NCBI GenBank assembly: GCA_051362555.1
Contig: CM120641.1
Coordinates: forward strand, 22,946,401-23,010,400
DNA: 64,000 bases
Direction of reading: 5' to 3'
Origin: Lingula anatina
Taxonomy: Eukaryota > Animalia > Brachiopoda
In this document: one piece after another, positions 63,063 to 64,000 of the stretch
Layout: each line of letters begins with the position of its first letter
Numbering within the stretch: the first letter of the stretch is position 1
Program-made: the position numbers and the translations under genes
The notes under the pieces: generated by a model
What the model was told of the DNA's origin: nothing
The model's database searches: none
Seen by the model: the letters and a program-made list of their open reading frames with translations, nothing else

Positions 63063-64000
63063 TCAAATTGCATTTTTAAACATACAAATATCTGAAGCGT
63101 TGTCATTCCCTTCCAATAAAACAAGTTTTGTGATAGGTCTAGTATACGTGGACGTTTTAGTGCGAATGACTGCACTTCGAATTAAACCATCTCTACCGAC
63201 GTTGGTGCTTTCTACTATGGCCAGAGGCCAAAGTCCACGAGGAATTGATTTGTCTACTTCAAGGACAATGTCACCGACTTTCAAATTCCTCTGAATGCAA
63301 TGCCATTTTGAACGTGCCTGCAGTGTAGGTAAATATTCTCGAGTCCATCTTTTCCAAAATTGAGACACCAGAAATTGGACATGCCTCCACAGCTTTCTGT
63401 AAGTGTCAGCAATATCAAATTTTCCCCATGGATAGGAAGGAATTCCTCTGATTGCTAACAAATGATTTGGTGTGAGCGCATCACAATCATTCATATTCTC
63501 ACTGATTTTAGTAATGGGTCTTCCATTTACTATACACTCACATTCGCACAATACAGTCTGCAAAGACCAATCGGTTAAAGACTTAGCACAGTTTGCCAGC
63601 ACAGCCATCAAAATTTTTCTTATTGTCCGAATCATTCTCTCCCATACACCACCATAATGAGAAGCGTGTGGTGGATTAAAAATCCAATCAATTCCCTTTC
63701 GTCTCATTTCTGACATGATCTTTACTTTGTCTAACTGCCGTAAACATTTGTTCATTTCATTCACCGCCCCTACCAAGTTTGTGCCGTTATCACTGTAAAC
63801 TTTTGTGGGACAACCGCGTCTCGATACGAATCGTATGAAACCGTTGAGAAATGCGCTTGTTTCTAAATTTTCTAACACCTCCAAGTGAATCGCTCTTGTT
63901 TTAAAACACGTGAAAACGCATCCGTAGCGTTTAACTTCTGAGCGACCTACCCTGACTTTGAGAGGTCCAAAAATATCGATTCCAACTACATCAAAGGGGG
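63063..64000 (-). CDS. Integrase C-terminal part of the next tandem BEL/Pao unit (truncated by window edge)
   Basis: Same translation as the last ~310 aa of the 58351-62082 ORF. Confidence 0.9.
   Translation of the reverse strand, partial: PFDVVGIDIFGPLKVRVGRSEVKRYGCVFTCFKTRAIHLEVLENLETSAFLNGFIRFVSRRGCPTKVYSDNGTNLVGAVNEMNKCLRQLDKVKIMSEMRRKGIDWIFNPPHASHYGGVWERMIRTIRKILMAVLANCAKSLTDWSLQTVLCECECIVNGRPITKISENMNDCDALTPNHLLAIRGIPSYPWGKFDIADTYRKLWRHVQFLVSQFWKRWTREYLPTLQARSKWHCIQRNLKVGDIVLEVDKSIPRGLWPLAIVESTNVGRDGLIRSAVIRTKTSTYTRPITKLVLLEGNDNASDICMFKNAI

Larger units (their letters stand above)
57408..64000 (-). mobile_element. Tandem BEL/Pao LTR retrotransposon (LTR-internal-LTR-internal, 4709-bp period), continuing beyond the window
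   Basis: 57408-59288 is repeated at 62117-64000; the only difference noticed is poly-A length (+3). Confidence 0.93.

Overview
AT-rich, repeat-dense eukaryotic (spliceosomal-intron-containing, probably marine invertebrate) genomic DNA. 1-11084 is a homogeneous tandem satellite (~361-bp monomer, ~31 copies). The rest is mostly transposable-element debris: a decayed intron-containing Kolobok-like transposase, a decayed DIRS element interrupted by a single dispersed satellite monomer, LINE fragments, two decayed Gypsy elements carrying nested CACTA-, Kolobok-, hAT- and Chapaev-like non-autonomous insertions, and a very young tandem BEL/Pao element (LTR-int-LTR-int) whose single intact ORF has gag, protease and integrase but no RT/RNase H. 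Two host-type genes lie tail-to-tail at 18-23 kb: a GRB2/Drk paralog with a broken SH3, an intact SH2 and no C-terminal SH3, and an intact 340-aa coiled-coil protein with a central hydrophobic segment. Paired repeat copies show recurrent TA(GGCC)TA / TA(CATG)TA micro-insertions. All family assignments come from motif recognition by eye, without database searches.
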